Shown here in pieces: positions 21,742-33,886 of a DNA stretch of 40,236 bases. The position numbers and the translations under genes are program-made. The first letter of the stretch is position 1. Every line of letters starts with the position of its first letter. Under the pieces are notes generated by a model. It did no database searches. It saw nothing but the letters and a program-made list of their open reading frames with translations, and was not told where the DNA came from. Origin of the DNA: Welwitschia mirabilis (taxonomy: Eukaryota); NCBI GenBank assembly GCA_051453625.1, contig JBOZIK010000001.1, forward strand, positions 14,463,910 to 14,504,145. The letters are read 5' to 3'.

Positions 21742-24700
21742 ATGGCATCCTCAAGCTATTCCAAATACCCAGAAGGAGAAATTGTTACTAGACCACCATT
21801 CTTCACTGACACAAATTACACAAAATTGGAAGCCGAAAATGGCAATTCTCATAACTTCCATTGATTCAAAAATTTGGAAAATGGTACTAAGAGGGTATCA
21901 ACTTCCAATCATAGATTTTCAGAGCGGATCCAGATCGCGATCCGCACGATTCTGGATCACGCTCAGCCCCAATGTGCTTCAGATCGGAGTTATCAAACTG
22001 CAAATCCATGATCCTAATGCGGATCTTGAGATCGTGATCCACGCGATTGTAGGCAGCCGCAAATCCCTCTTAATAAACACAACCAAAAAAACATTTTACT
22101 TAAAAAAAACACTCCCATAGTTCAAACAACCGCTTTTCTAGTTCAAACGACTGTTTTTATCAAAAACCCTAACTCTCAGCGCCCTAAAGTGATTTTGCAG
22201 TCTGAAAAACGATTTCAAAACTGATTTCAAGAGGTTTTCATTGCGATTTCTATCAGTTTGCTTCAAAAACGATTTGACAGTGTTTTGCAATAGCGATTTC
22301 CAGATTTCAATAGCGATTGGAAGCAAATTTTGGATTTCAGTACTCCAGGTAAATGATTGAAAACTAAACTTCTTTTACATGTTATTCATTTTCAAACTAA
22401 ACTAAAAGTTAAAGACCCCATTTACATGTTATTCTTTTAAAATAATTGAAGACTAANNNNNNNNNNNNNNNNNNNNNNNNNNNNNNNNNNNNNNNNNNNN
22501 NNNNNNNNNNNNNNNNNNNNNNNNNNNNNNNNNNNNNNNNNNNNNNNNNNNNNNNNNNNNNNNNNNNNNNNNNNNNNNNNNNNNNNNNNNNNNNNNNNNN
22601 NNNNNNNNNNNNNNNNNNNNNNNNNNNNNNNNNNNNNNNNNNNNNNNNNNNNNNNNNNNNNNNNNNNNNNNNNNNNNNNNNNNNNNNNNNNNNNNNNNCA
22701 TTGATTCAAAAATTTGGAAAATGGTACCAAGAGGGTATCAACTTCCAATCATAGATTTTCAGAGCGGATCCAGATCGCGATCCGCACGATTCTGGATCAT
22801 GCTCAGCCCTAGTGTGCTTCAGATCGGAGTTATCAAACTGCAAATCCACGATCCTCATGCGGATCTTGAGATCGCGATCCATGCGATTTTAGGCAGCCGC
22901 AGATCCCTCTTTATAAACACAACAAAAAAAACGTTTTACTTAAAAAAACCCTCCCACAGTTCAAACAACCACTTTTCTAGTTCAAACAACGATTGTTNNN
23001 NNNNNNNNNNNNNNNNNNNNNNNNNNNNNNNNNNNNNNNNNNNNNNNNNNNNNNNNNNNNNNNNNNNNNNNNNNNNNNNNNNNNNNNNNNNNNNNNNNNN
23101 NNNNNNNNNNNNNNNNNNNNNNNNNNNNNNNNNNNNNNNNNNNNNNNNNNNNNNNNNNNNNNNNNNNNNNNNNNNNNNNNNNNNNNNNNNNNNNNNNNNN
23201 NNNNNNNNNNNNNNNNNNNNNNNNNNNNNNNNNNNNNNNNNNNNNNNNNNNNNNNNNNNNNNNNNNNNNNNNNNNNNNNNNNNNNNNNNNNNNNNNNNNN
23301 NNNNNNNNNNNNNNTGCGATTTCTATCAGTTTTCTTCAAAAACGATTTGACAGCGTTTTCTTGTTCTTAATTTGTACTCTCTAAAGTTTTTTCCCCCTTT
23401 TTTTAAAAAATTTAAGATAAAATTTTAAAAGTACATGGCATGTCTTACATATAAAAAAATTGTAAGTTATCACAGTCAATTCTCAACATAAACTAAGGTC
23501 TCTCATAGAAAATTACAAACTATATTTACTTAAACTTTAAAGTTCCAAGCTATAGTTTTATTTTCAATTAGTTTCTTTAATTTTAAAAAAAATTATAATT
23601 TTAGAATATATAATTTTATGCTTGAGGCCTTATTAGGAAGCAAATTCAACATGATGAAATTACCTGGTTTGTTTTATAATTTTTAATTTTTTATCATTTC
23701 TCTTATTATATGGCTCGCCTTTTTATTTTAAAGCATGAATTGTAAGTTGCCAACAATACATGAGGGTTAAATTCAAATTTCAAAGTTCTATTACAAATTT
23801 ATAATTTATAATTAGTTTTTTTAATGTTTGCGATCCGGAGCGATCTGTAATCCACTCCAGAGCAATCCAGCGATCCGGGATCTCCTAAACCCAAAAATGA
23901 TCCATGATCCGCTCTGATCCGTGCAAATATGCTTTCAATTGAAGCAGATAGCATTGGAAACATATCCTTGAAATCAAGAAATAACTAGAATCTAGATGAC
24001 AAATGGAAGGCTCAACTCAATACTCGAGTAATGAATGCAATCATTTATGCTTTACCAAACAAAGAGTATGAGCGAGTAGTACAATGCACAATGGCAAAAG
24101 ACATGTGAGAGACTCTTAAGATTGCACATGAAGAGACAAACATAGTTAAGAACATTAAGTCACAATTACTTGTCACCAAATTCGAGAACATCAAAATGAA
24201 GAAATCTGAAACAGTGGCAAAGTACACAACCAAAGTTAGCAACATAGTAAACATTATATGGGGCCCCAAAGAAAGAGTTCCTGAGAATAGGGTACTTTGA
24301 AAATCCTCAGAAGCTTGACCCCAAAATTTATATCAAAGATTACAATCATTGAAGAAAACAAAAACATTGGTCAAATAAAAGTGAAGGGACTAAAAGGTTC
24401 ATTAATAGCATATGAAGCAACTATTCTGCCTAAAGATGAAGTTCCCAAAAAGAAAAGCATAGCTCTCAAAGCGTGTAAGGAACAATAGAAGATCCTTCAT
24501 ATGAAGATGAAGATGATGAAATCTTGCATTGTTGACGAGAAACTTCAAAAAAATTCCTTAGAAAAACAAAAAGATGCAAAACAACCAATCAAACATGGAA
24601 GCGAAAAAGGTAAGAACTCTTCATTACCTATGCAACTTTATGAATGTAACGGTTTTCAACATGTAGCTTTAGAATACACAAATAAGAAGAAAAATAATGG

Positions 24701-27700
24701 TCAAAGGAAAAGGGAACATGATGACTCTGAGGCAGACAATTCCAGCTCAAGTGATGATGAGGGATTTATGAATTTTTGACCTCTTGTTGTAGCAAGTGAG
24801 GTAAGTACCCTAATCCATTGTTGTTTCATAGCTAGGAATTCTTCTTTAGACAATGAACAACAGCTTTAAAAAATGATTTCCTTGATTGTGACAACTTGGA
24901 TTTTAATTATAATAAACTTTTAGATGCTTAAAAAAATTGTACGTGATTAGCTTAGCTCTAGTGAGAAAAATGTATTGTATAAAAAATGGTTAGATGATTT
25001 AAAAAGCAAATTGACAGAAGCAAATATTAAAATAGATTATTTGACAAGAGAGCTTCAAGATGCAAAATTTATAGCAAATCATTTAACTCAAGGGAGGAAC
25101 AACTTAAACAAACTTTTAGGTATAAGACGAAGTCCTTATGATAAATCTGGAATAGGTAGCTTTAATAGTTTGTCCTCACCTCTTCAAAACTTCGGTCCAA
25201 GCATTAGATATCAGTCTATTAGGAAAGTGAGCCTAAAGTGTCACTACGATAACAAATATGGTCATATTCAATTTTATTATTCCTATGAAAAGTCATTTTA
25301 TTTAGATTCAATGATAATGTGAGATTTGTTAGGAAACCTCTCAATTAAGAAACATAATAAGGCCAACTTGTAACGGGTAAGCAAAAATATTGTTATATCC
25401 CTATTTGCCTATGCTACTTTCAAAGTTCAAGGGAGAACCAAAAGGTACCTTGTCCATGGTTGCTCTAGACATATGAGTGGTGACAAAAAATTTGCTAATA
25501 TCTTTTCACAAATATGATGGTGGTGAAGGGACTTTTGGTGATAATAGTGAAAGGCACATAAGTGATAAAGGATCCATTTTTGCCAATAAACACCATCCAA
25601 CCATCAATGATGTTTATCTTGTGAATGGTCTAAAGCATAACTTACTTAGTATATCTCCCATTTGTGATATAAGAAATATTGTATCCTTTTACCAAGATAA
25701 ATGTGTAGTTCAGAACGTTGTTACTAATAGAACAGTCTTACTAGTAGCATATCAAAGTATATGTATGTTCTAGGAAGTGATGAAAGAATAGAAGAAAAAT
25801 GATATATTGCTAATGAAGAAAATGTCAATCTTTGCCAAATGAGATTAGGCCATGTGAATCTCAAAGACTTAAAGAATCTTTCCTCCAAAGAGATAGGAAG
25901 AGGAGTCCCCAAACTTGATGTGTCTTAAGCTAAAATATGTGATTCTTGTATCAAAGCTAAGCTTACTCGTTTAATCTTCAATAGTAAAATGGAGACAATT
26001 CTGTTAGAATGTTAAATTTAATTCAAATGGATTTGCTCAGACCAATGCCAAAATAAGTATCAGAGGAAGAAGATATTTCCTAGTCATCATTGATGATTTT
26101 TCAAGATATAGTTAAGTCATATTTCTTGCAGATAAGGATGAAGTTGTTGAGATGGTTGTCAAAGTGTGTGAAAGGATCCAAAATGAAAAGGGATACACTA
26201 TTAAAATGATTTGATTTGATAGGGAAGAAGAATTTGTAAATGAGGAATTTGAAAAATATTGTGATATAAATAGAGATTTGCGTCAACTATTTGCTTCTAG
26301 TACTCCTCAACAAAATGGTGTGGCTAAATGGAAAAATAGAGTCCTCATTGAAATGACAAGAACTATGCTAAATGAACAAGCAATACCACAACATTTTTGG
26401 GCTCAAATTGTAAACACTGGTTGTTACATAAGTCATAGAGCCTTCTTATGGCTACGAACTAGCAAAACCTCATACAAATTATGGAATGGAGAGGAGCCTA
26501 CTATAAATTACTTCTAAGTGTTTGGTAACAAGTGTCTAATTCTTAAAGACAAAGGGTCAACAAGCAAATTTGAATCTAAGGCTGATGAGGAGATATTTTT
26601 GGGCTATTCAATGACCAACAAGGCACATAGAGTTTACAACAAATCTTCATGCAACGTAAAAGAATCTATCCCTGTTAAAATAGAAGACTTAAAACAAAAT
26701 AACCCTCCCATAAATAGAATTGAGAATGACATTCCACAAGTCATGACGAACCACCAACATCAAAATCCAATGAAGTAGGTAATACAGAAAAATGTTCATC
26801 TTTCCCACTTAGAAGTTAGAACTAAGAAAAATCATCCTCAAGAGAATATTTTGAGTAATCTAGTCCAAGGAACAACTACAAGAAACGGAAAGAGCATAAG
26901 CCATAGTTTTTCATGTTCTTTTGCTTCTTTGGAACCTAAGACATCCAAATAGTTCGAACATGACAAAGTCGGGACGATAGCTATGCAACAAGAGTTAAAT
27001 TAGTTTGAACAGAAAAAAGTAGGAAACTTAGTCCTGGCTCCTAAAGCGAAACATAGTATAGGTACAGAATGGGTTTTTAGAAACAAGGACGAAAACATAA
27101 TATCATCTAAAATAAGGCTAGGTTAGCAGCTCAAGTATATAGTAAACAGAAAGGGATAGATTATGGTGAAACTTTTGCTCCTGTCACTAGACTTGAAGCC
27201 ATAAGAATGTTACTTGCTTTTGTTTATTATCATAAAAAACAAGTTATATCAGATGGATGTTAAAAGTGCTTTTCTTAATGGTTATACCAAAGAAGAAGTC
27301 AATGTTGCTCAACCCCTTGGTTTTATTAACCCTAAATTTCCTAAACATGTGTATAAATTGAACAAGGCCTTATATGGTTTGAAAGAAGCTCCAAGAGCTT
27401 GGTTTGAAAGATTAAATTCTTTTCTAATTGACAATGGGTTTTCTAAAGGGAGTGCAGATCCAACGTTGTTTATAACACATGAAAACTAGGATATTTTGAT
27501 TGCTCAAATTTACATTGATGAGATACTATTTGGGTCAACAAAGGATTCTCTTGCTCCAGAGTATTCCAAAAGTATACAAAATGAATTTGAAATAAGCTTA
27601 GTAGGTGAACTAAACTTCTTTTTAGGGCGTCAAATTAAACAACTTGAAATAAAATATTCCTCAATAAATCCAAATACATTCAAGAAGTATTAACTAAGTA

Positions 27701-28440
27701 TAAGATGAGCAATTGCGAGTCTAAGACTCTCTTATCAACAAACACGAAAATTAGTAGAGATCAACTGGGCAAACAGGTAGATTAGAAACTTTACAAAGGA
27801 TTGATTGATAGCCTATTATATTTAACTACTAGTAGATGTAACATAGCTCATACTGTGGGAGTTTGTGCTAGATATCAAATCAAACCCGAAAGAATCTCAT
27901 TCAATATGTGTCAAGAGAATCTTAATATACCTTAAAATATATGCAAAACTATAGATTGTGGTATCCTTATGACACCATACTTGATTTTGTGGGTTATACT
28001 GATGCAAATTGGGTTGGATATAGATGATCAAAAGAGCACTAGTGGAGCCTGCTTTGATATGGGTAGTTGTCTAGTCTCTTGGTTTAAGTAGGAAGCAACA
28101 TACTATGTCCTTGTCTACAGCTTAAGCTAAGTTTATTCTAGCAGGTGCCTATTGTACTCAATTTCTATGGATAAGACAAATGATAATGGACTTTGGTGTT
28201 AAAGTTGGTGCAATCAAACTCTATCGTGACAACACTAGTGCCATTAACATCAACAACAATCTTGTCCAACATTCCAAAACTAAACACATTGATATTAGAC
28301 ATCATTTCATCCCTATGCAAGTTTAACGTCAAATGATTTTATTAGAGTATGTTTCAACCGATTATCAAATAGCTGATATTATAACATAGTTTTAAATGAA
28401 GAGAGATTTGTTTATCTCAGGAAAAATCTAGAGATAGGGG
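21742..28440 (+). pseudogene. gag-pol: SIRE-like gag-pol remnant (gag, protease, integrase, RT, RNase H), gag interrupted at 21910-23931
   Basis: MASSSYSKYPEGEIVTRPPFF..WKPKM..IWKMVLRGY; ALPNKEYERV..AKDM*ETL..HEET; protease RYLVHGCSRHMSG (~25443); integrase [48 protein letters not shown]; RNase H DNTSAINI..HSKTKHIDIRHHF. Many stops and frameshifts. Confidence 0.95.
21910..23931. mobile_element. hAT-type non-autonomous DNA transposon (MITE-like) inserted in SIRE gag
   Basis: 8-bp TSD CTTCCAAT (21902-21909) / CTTTCAAT (23932-23939). Imperfect termini CATAGATTTTCA / TGCAAATATG and dense subterminal GATCC/GGATC motifs at both ends. Excision restores gag frame YQLPI-EADSIG. True length is uncertain (two gaps, duplicated left end). 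Confidence 0.8.
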
Positions 28441-28889
28441 CTCGTCCCTGTATCGGACAAAATATTAAGTTTTGTCTAAATTAAACCCCACCTTTGTCAT
28501 TATCAAACTAGATTTCGTTTGCCTTGAATCTAAAATAACTCAACGATGTGTTGCATTCCTCTCTAAACTTGGCTCCAATCGCTATTTCTTTTGGATCTTC
28601 TCAAAATTTATTCATCAAGATTAGCTTATCTATCAATTCTGAGTTCAAATCTGCTTTTGTCACAAAGCCAGATGTCCCGTCTTTTCCATTTGGACACCTG
28701 CCATTCCATTTGTGTAGAAAACCTAGGTTTAAAAACCAAGATGTCCATTGTTTTCCATCTAGACATTCGCTCTTCTATGCAGACGTAAAACAACACAGAC
28801 GCCTCGCCCTTTCCTTGTATTTTAAACAACTCTAGGGAGTCTTCTTTACTCATCCTCATGTCTTTTCTTTGTCTTCCTCTGACCTTTTG

Positions 28890-29950
28890 TTTTCCATCTT
28901 CTGCTTCCCATCATCGTAAGAGCAAAGCTTGTTGCATCTAAAATAGGAAAAGAACCTACTTCAGAAGAAGAATGATTCTGATTGCAAGAATCAAAAAATT
29001 TGGTTCAATTGCTTTTCTAAGAAGCCCATTGCTCCAGAAAGAAGAATACACTATGAATCCTTCAGACATGAAGTAAGGATTGCATATAAATTTGAAGAAC
29101 ATGGTTGGATGTATGCTATGGACCCTGATACAAAAGTTTCCATTAAAATGGTATGGTTATTTTATTGTAATGTCATTTTTGACCCTATTGAATAAATTTT
29201 TTTTATAGAAGTGTTTGGTAGACCCATAGACATAGACTTAGAGATCATTTTATTAGTCACTAGTTATCGGAATGAAAGGCTTTTTCGAGAAATTACAAAT
29301 GTTGTTTCTTTATAGGAAGCAATCTCTAGAGTAATTCTTACAAATGAACTGTGTGGAAGCAATATCATTTGGAGGGCTAATATTCCTATAAAGAAATTGA
29401 AACCATTTTACAGGGTCCTATTTCAAATTTCCACACACAATCTTGTACCAAATTTGGGTCACAAGGATGAAGTCTCACGTCTATATGCATACATTTTATT
29501 TTGTCTTAGCAGTTGTGTGAGGGTTAATCTTTGTAAATTTATTATGTTCTACATGAGTCAGTTTCTCATTGCTAGCTATACCAACTTGCCTTTTGGTGGA
29601 CTCATTACAACATTATTGGAAAATCATCACTTTGTTGTGGATAAGAATGGTGAATTGGTGGAAATCCACAAACCACTTGGGCTTTATTCTCTTAAAACGA
29701 TGAATATCTTTGCTGAAATAAAGACACCTACTCCTCCTCCTCAAAAGAAACAGCATACAGAAGAGAGCTCCACTACAATTCAGGGCCTATCACTACACTT
29801 AGAGCCCAGCTCACTAGAAAAAAATTCACAAGAAGGTAGAAAGGATTGTCTTTGAGCTTTCTGCATATGGACTTCACATTCCCCTTGGGTTAGATAAAGA
29901 AAAGGAGCAGGAAGAGCAACCTACTACATCTGAGCATGATGGCTCTTTTA
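28890..29950 (+). pseudogene. env-like / extra ORF remnant of the SIRE-like element
   Basis: Lies between RNase H and the PPT. Reads FSKKPIAPERRI..FEEHGW..MVWLFYCN ... THNLVPNLGHKDEVS..VNL..LPFGGLITTLL, resembling the pattern of plant retroelement extra-ORF proteins. Confidence 0.7.
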
Positions 29951-30433
29951 GTTAGGCTCTCTTAATTGTATATCTATATCTCTACTTTTTTTGTATTCAG
30001 AAATTGGCCATCTTTTGTAATTTGGACTATACTTCTTTCTTAATGTAAATAACTGTTTGTTTATCTTATGTGCCCTACACCATATTGTTTTCAGTAATGA
30101 GAAAGGGGAAGAATAAGTCATAATAAGTAACATGTATTGTAAGAAAAGCTTCCATCATGCTTAATCTATGTTTATGGTAAGAAAAACTTAAGTTGGCTTT
30201 TATGAATTTCATTTTTGATGCTTTGTTTGTAATACTGTTCAAAAACAATACATGATCTTTTCTAATGGAAATTTGATACTATCACATTTTCAAGTTGATT
30301 TTCTGAAAAACTTTTTCTTTGGTCAATTTGGTTTACCATTGCATTGAGAACCTACAAGAGCATCTTGTGTTAAGTTTTATGTGTGTAGGATTGTGTAAAC
30401 TCTTTTGACACTATGTAACCGGAGCACAAATTC

Positions 30434-30516
30434 AGGGGGAGTAACTAACAATCATCTTATTGATGTTTCCTTAATCAAGCATCCAAATAAGTTGTCATCA
30501 TTGAAAAAGGAGAAAT
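30434..30516 (+). other. Two polypurine tracts upstream of the 3' LTR
   Basis: AGGGGGAG (30434-30441) and GTTGTCATCATTGAAAAAGGAGAAAT directly before TGTTAG. Confidence 0.8.
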
Positions 30517-31583
30517 TGTTAGAGAAATAAGTTTTAGTGATAACTAGTTGTCCAAAGTGATCAATCTAAATCACCTACCAAGTAATTAGGATATAGAGCA
30601 AAACCAAGAAGCTACCTGCAGACTAATGGAGGTCGTTCGAGTGAAGCAGAGCAATCACATCTGAACACTTAGAGAAATCAGATGGTCCAAGAAACCATGA
30701 TGTCTAGCCTAAGAACGTGGATGTCTAGCTCTAAGGTCGATCTGCAAATATGGGGATGTCCACCTAGAGAAACTAGGATGTCTAGACCTGAAGTCAGTAT
30801 GGTGGTATAGGGACGTCCACCCTATGAAACCAAGACATCCAGGACCACTCTCAGTTTTTGACATAATCTAGGAAATAAATTTGGGACGTCTGAGTTTTTA
30901 GAATGGGATGTCTAATGAGGCAAACATTAGAGCAGAAAGATGAGCCTAATGAATGTTCAGTTATACAAACCAAAGTACAAATGGCTCAAATATTCTTCTA
31001 GCACTCTAATCAAGCTTTAAGGCACATGGTAGGAGATTCCAACGGCTATATTTCAATTGTGTCTATAAAAGTTTAAAAGTCACTATCAAAAGTACAGATG
31101 CATTTGTATTGTTTTGAAATAAACTATTTCTTAAAAAAGTGATTGCTCTAGAGTAGGAGACTAAGACATTCTTTCTATACTAAGCTATTGTAGGATCATG
31201 ATGATGTTTAGTGTGATAATGCACAATTATCATCAGAATCTTCTCGTACTACTTTGTTGTACGCTCATGGTTGACTAAATTTGTTACGTCCCTTAGTAGA
31301 AGGGCATTGGAAGAAGCCAGTAACCCTTGAGATAAGTGTGTTGTAAGGCTACTTAAGGAGATTAAGGGAACTAGGGGGCTAAAAACTATTACTGCCCCTG
31401 AGAGTGGAGTAGGCATAGAGCCAAACGACTATAAAAATTGGTGCACAGGTTTGTTTTATGCATTTTACTTGGTTTGATCTACACAAGTTTTATTCGATTC
31501 AACATTATTCTAGCCTTAGTTAATTTTAATTCATAAGTGGTTAAAAAATTCTTTACACCAAGGCTGCCATTACAATCCTGATA
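30517..31583 (+). repeat. 3' LTR of the SIRE-like element
   Basis: TGTTAGAGAAATAAG...AATCCTGATA. TATAAAA at 31064-31070. Lacks the ~17-bp C-rich U5 motif present in the 5' LTR. Confidence 0.92.
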
Positions 31584-31588
31584 GAAAG

Positions 31589-33851
31589 GATGTGCAATTG
31601 AAGGATGTGTTGCTACTGCAGTAGTTTTAGAGGACAATGTTTCTCTATGGCATTACAGACTCGGTCACCTTAGCGAAACTAGAATGAAGGTACTTATTCC
31701 TACCTAAGTTTTCTTTTTTTTCTCTAGATTCCTGTCATGATTGTGCTATCAGTAAAAATAAGCATGTTGCTTTTAAGAAATCTATTTTGAATAAGGAGAT
31801 AAGAAAGCTTAATATTATGTATTACAATGTTGGTGGTCCAATATTTGTCATGTCTTTAGGTGGTACATAGTATTTCCAGAAAGACATGGATTTATTTTAT
31901 GCATTCCAAAAGTTTAAGGCTAGAGTGGAAATGACTCTAGCTATAAAATAAAGTATCTAATCACTAATAATGGGGGTGAATACCTTCCATGATTTTTTTT
32001 GAATTTTGTAAGTAGGTTGGAATTGTGCATACCAAAACAGTGCCAAGAACACCACAAAATAATAATGTTGTGGAAAGTTATAATCGCATAATTCTTGACA
32101 TAATTAGATCCATGCTTGCTCAATCTAGTGTGTCTATGTTGTTTTGGGCAGAAGCTACAAGAACAACTGCTTATTTGATCAATTGTTCTCCTCATTCAGA
32201 CTTAGATGGTGATATGCTAGAATCTATTTGAAGTAGGAGTTCACTTTCTATGTCTCACCTGCATGTTTTTGGATGTAAGGTTTATGTCCATATGCAAGGA
32301 TTAAGAAAACTAGAAAACATTATAGGAAATTGTTTTTCCTAGCTATATGGAAGATGATTTTGAATATAGGCTTTAAGATCTTATGGCATGGAGGATTGTT
32401 ACATCATATGGTGTTGAATTCAAAGAAAACATGATGTTTTACAAGTCACGGGATAGAATTCATATAGAGGGAAGTTTTGATTCTTGCACCTTGCACAAGC
32501 CTAAATAGATTGATGATGTCAAGAAGCATAATACACAATTACACATAGTGAAAATGTCCAACCTCATCTAAACCAGCCTAAAGAAGAAAGCTTAAGTTCT
32601 GAATCTGAGTCTGAGAATGATGGTACTCAAACCCTGGCTTATTGGATTCGAAGATCCACTAGAATTATCAGTTCACCTCAAAGGTATTCTCTATCTTTAC
32701 ATTATGTGTTGTTTACAGATAAGGGAGAACCTGAATCCTTTGAAGGAGTTATTTCTCCCTCCGAATCTCATAAATGGAAAGTTGCTATGGAAGAAAAAAT
32801 GAAATCCCTTGAACAAAATCATACTTGGGATTTGGTTGTTGGAGATCCCTTTACATGAGTGCTTCAGGTATGATTGTCATTCTTATGTTGTATGTAGATG
32901 ATATGTTAGGTTTTGGAAATGACATGGAAGATATCAAAAGACTGAAGCATGAAATGTCCAAGGCTTTTACCAGTAAAGGTCTTGGACCAGCAAAATAGAT
33001 CCTTAGAATGAGGATTGTCAGAAATCGATCATGTCATAAGTTGTGCTTGAGCCAATCTGAATTTATTAACAATGTTCTGAAACATTTTTACATGCTAGAT
33101 AGTAAACATGTTTGTACTCCTCTAGTTGCACGTTTCCAATTAACTCATCAAAGTTATCCTACTTTAGAGAAGAAGTAGGCAAAAATGATAAGAGTGCCTT
33201 ATACATCAGCTATGTGAATCCTCATGTATGTTATGATTTGTACTATACTAGACCTCGCGCATGTAGTGGGAGTCGTCTCTCCATTTATGAGTAATCCTGA
33301 AAAAGAGCATTGGGAAGCAGTAAAATGGATACTTTATAACTTGAAGGAAGCCCAACATATCAGTTTGTATTTTGGCAATGCTAATTTGCATGTTCCAGGG
33401 TATGTAGGTCTAATTATGTTGATTGCAGTGATACCAGAAGGTCTACTACTAGTACATCTTTGCTCTTGGTGGTAGAGCTATTAGCTAGATGTCCCGTCTA
33501 CAATCAAATGTTGCTCTTTCCACTATAGAAGTTGAGTATGTTGCCTTGACAAAAGTTGTTAAGAAGATGTTGTGGCTATGTGTTCTTGTTGGTTACTTTG
33601 GCCTTAGTTAAATCACGTTTGTCATGCATTATGATAGTCAAAGTGCCATAGATCCAATGAAGAATTCTATTTATCATGCCAAAATTAAGCACATTGATAT
33701 TAAATATCATTTCATCAAGAAAAAGTGTGAGAAAGCCCTATTAGGCGTTTGGAGAATTTACATGCATCCAAATCTTGTTGATTTCCTAACAACGCTTGTT
33801 GATTGCACAAAGCAAAAGGCATGTTATAATGAAATAGGATTATGGACGTGA
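31589..33851 (+). pseudogene. pol: Copia integrase-RT-RNase H remnant (host element, 3' part)
   Basis: LWHYRLGHLSE; TPQNNNVVESYNR..FWAEATRT; EPESF..WKVAMEEKMKSLEQNHTWDLV; LYVDDML; HWEAVKWIL; DSQSAID..HAKIKHIDIKYHFI. Confidence 0.92.
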
Positions 33852-33886
33852 AGGCTCACCAAATTTGTCTTCTAGTGGAAGAAAGA

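Larger units (their letters stand above)
20583..31583 (+). mobile_element. Full-length degenerate Sirevirus (SIRE/Maximus)-like copia element with env-like ORF
   Basis: ~1.07-kb LTR pair with TSD GAGAG (20578-20582) / GAAAG (31584-31588). PBS, gag-pol, extra ORF after RNase H, an upstream AGGGGGAG plus a terminal PPT, and the U5 motif CTATTCACCCCTCCTCT. Confidence 0.9.
18954..33851 (+). mobile_element. Degenerate Tnt1/Tork-like Ty1/copia element, split by the 20583-31583 insertion; no 3' LTR seen
   Basis: PBS TGGTATTAGAGCC at 19002-19014. Gag-protease precedes the insertion; integrase-RT-RNase H follows it. The frame is continuous across the insertion site. Confidence 0.85.

Noticed and set aside
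22437..23370. Long ORFs spanning N runs (also 34286-35173 and 37796-38557)
   Set aside because: Artefacts of translating assembly gaps.
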